Assembly: GCA_963715305.1 (NCBI GenBank)
Contig: CAVQSB010000014.1
Span: 2,994-66,993 of the forward strand
From: an uncultured Actinomycetota bacterium
Lineage (GTDB): Bacteria; Actinomycetota; Acidimicrobiia; Spongiisociales; UBA4744
Direction of reading: 5' to 3'
DNA length: 64,000 bases
Below are positions 62,273 to 64,000 of the stretch, piece after piece. Made by a program: the position numbers and the translations under genes. Under the pieces are notes generated by a model, which saw only the letters and a program-made list of their open reading frames with translations, was not told the DNA's origin and did not search any database. Numbering within the stretch: position 1 is the stretch's first letter; every line of letters starts with the position of its first letter.

Positions 62273-63736
62273 CTACCGGCTACCGAGGAGCTGGTCAACC
62301 GGCGCGAAATTGTCGTGGAGCACCTGAGCGCCGTCTGCCCAAGCGTCCACCTCGGAACCGGCAATCGCTACGCCTACCGCTCCCCGGACCCGGAGTGCGG
62401 CAGCCAGCGCCTCCATGTCGAGCGTCACCTGGGAGGCAGCCAGGACGAAGTTGCCCCCGGCCACGCCCTCCAGATAGTCCGGAGGCGCTACCACCGCCAC
62501 GTGGTTGAACACCTCCCGCAAGGTCGCGGCCTCGGATTGGGCAAACACGTTGGGGGGCCGATCGATGACGTTCATGATGTAGATCCCATCCGAGCGCAGC
62601 CGCGCCTTGATCTCCGCGAGGAACTCGCGGGTGGTGAGATGCCACGGAACTGAGATCCCGCCGAAGGCGTCCCCGACGATCACGTCGAATCCGCCGTCGG
62701 GAAGAGCGCCCAGGGTGAGCCGGGCGTCTCCGACCCTGATCTCCTTGATGCCTTCTGGGTCCAATCCCAGCCGCTCTACGGCGATGTCCACCAGGCCACC
62801 ATCGAGCTCCAGGACCGTGCTGGTGCTCCCGGGACGCACCGCCTCGAGCCAGCGAGGCAGTGTGAAGCCGCCCCCTCCGATGTAGAGGGCATCTACGGGG
62901 CCCGGGTCGGTCTGGGTGTCCACCACGTCGGCGATCAGGCGGGTGTATCGGAACTCGAGATGAGTGGGATCGTCGAGATCCACGTACGAGTGGCGCAGGG
63001 TGTCCAGCCACAACACGCGGCCGGACGCCCGCTCCTGGTCGACCTCCACCCGGGCGCAGTAGTAGGTGGTTTCGGTGTCGCATGGTCCCTCCACCATGGC
63101 CAGCGCTCCCCCGGCGAGCAGCGTTCCGATGGCAGCTATGGCAGCGGCGGTGCCGCCGCGGCGGCCGAGTGTCAGCGTCAGGGCCAGTCCCCAGGCCACG
63201 AGGGCCGTGCCCACCCCGAAGACGATTGGCCGGGTGGGGAACGCCGCTAGCAAAACGAACCCGGTGAGGAAGGTGCCGAAGATGGCACCGGCCGTCCCCA
63301 CCGCCGAGAAGCGGCCGACCACGGTCCCGGTGCGGGCCAGGTCGGCCAGCTGGAGCTTGACAACCACTGGTGTCACGGCGCTCAGCACCACCGCCGGCAG
63401 AAGGAAGGCCAGCGCCGTGAGCATCACGATCTCCGCCGGCTCGCCGCCGCGCAGCCCGGGACCGAAGATTTCGACGATGGTCGGGGCCGCCAGGGACAGC
63501 AACCCCCCGGCGATGAGCAGCGGTCCCAGCAGGCGGGCCGGGGAACGTCGATCGGCGGCTCTCCCCCCGAGCCAGGCCCCCAGCGAGATACCGGCAAGCA
63601 CTGTGCCGATGATGGCCGTGAAGGTCTCCAGCGTCACCCCCACGTAGGGGGCGAGCAGGCGCCCGGCCAGGATTTCGAGCACGAGAACGGCGGCCGATGT
63701 GAAGAACACGAGTGCTCGGGCTGTGAGGGAGGACAT
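62273..63736 (-). CDS. Fused MFS-like/spermidine synthase family protein
   Basis: LEILAGRLLAPYVG, G..GA.FGTF.TGF, IGGGGFTLP, GDAR, DVIVGDAF, DNFAP.D. Confidence 0.88.
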   Translation of the reverse strand: MSSLTARALVFFTSAAVLVLEILAGRLLAPYVGVTLETFTAIIGTVLAGISLGAWLGGRAADRRSPARLLGPLLIAGGLLSLAAPTIVEIFGPGLRGGEPAEIVMLTALAFLLPAVVLSAVTPVVVKLQLADLARTGTVVGRFSAVGTAGAIFGTFLTGFVLLAAFPTRPIVFGVGTALVAWGLALTLTLGRRGGTAAAIAAIGTLLAGGALAMVEGPCDTETTYYCARVEVDQERASGRVLWLDTLRHSYVDLDDPTHLEFRYTRLIADVVDTQTDPGPVDALYIGGGGFTLPRWLEAVRPGSTSTVLELDGGLVDIAVERLGLDPEGIKEIRVGDARLTLGALPDGGFDVIVGDAFGGISVPWHLTTREFLAEIKARLRSDGIYIMNVIDRPPNVFAQSEAATLREVFNHVAVVAPPDYLEGVAGGNFVLAASQVTLDMEALAAALRVRGAVGVAIAGSEVDAWADGAQVLHDNFAPVDQLLGSR

Positions 63737-63837
63737 GCCCGGGAAGTATTGCAGCGTGTGCGGCCTTTCATCCGGCCGGGACCGGCTCCTTCTCCGGTTC
63801 GTCGGCCGGTTCGGGTTCCGCCGGACAGCTATCGATT

Positions 63838-64000
63838 TCAGTCCGGTGTCACGCCACCCGCCTTCAGAGACCGGGCCAGGAACAGGGCCATCTGCCAGCG
63901 CAACACGTTGCCGTTCGGGCCATAGGTGGTGACCGTGGTGCCCCGGACGACACCGCGGACGGTCGGGGATTAGGAGGTCTGCCACCTGAGATTCACGGGG
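63838..64000 (-). CDS. C-terminus of an S-layer homology (SLH) domain protein, truncated by window edge
   Basis: GVVRGTTVTTYGPNGNVLRWQMALFLAR matches the SLH G..G....P....TR.Q.A.FL.R pattern. Confidence 0.6.

Overview
GC-rich bacterial DNA. Gene content (several F420/Ddn-type oxidoreductases, class III cyclases, Thr-rich lipoproteins, an ECF42 sigma) suggests an actinobacterium, probably Acidimicrobiia; this is inference. About a third of the genes are split by 1-bp frameshifts, which most likely reflects uncorrected long-read errors. Most of the window is metabolic and transport genes: purU, iorAB, ppc, hypA, deoC, a Kef antiporter, a heme/B12-type ABC transporter, and YciI with an ECF42 sigma. 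No rRNA, tRNA, CRISPR array or transposase was recognised. The best novelty candidate is a 37-aa lasso-type RiPP precursor (57263-57376) missing from the ORF track. It lies directly after a stand-alone asparagine-synthetase ATP-pyrophosphatase domain protein, its core has no lasso ring acceptor, and no RRE or leader peptidase is in the window. Other candidates are a 3-gene amino-MTase / restriction-endonuclease-like operon with odd architecture (37432-40357) and a tiny secreted diheme peptide (52816-53058). All family calls come from motif recognition by eye, not database searches.
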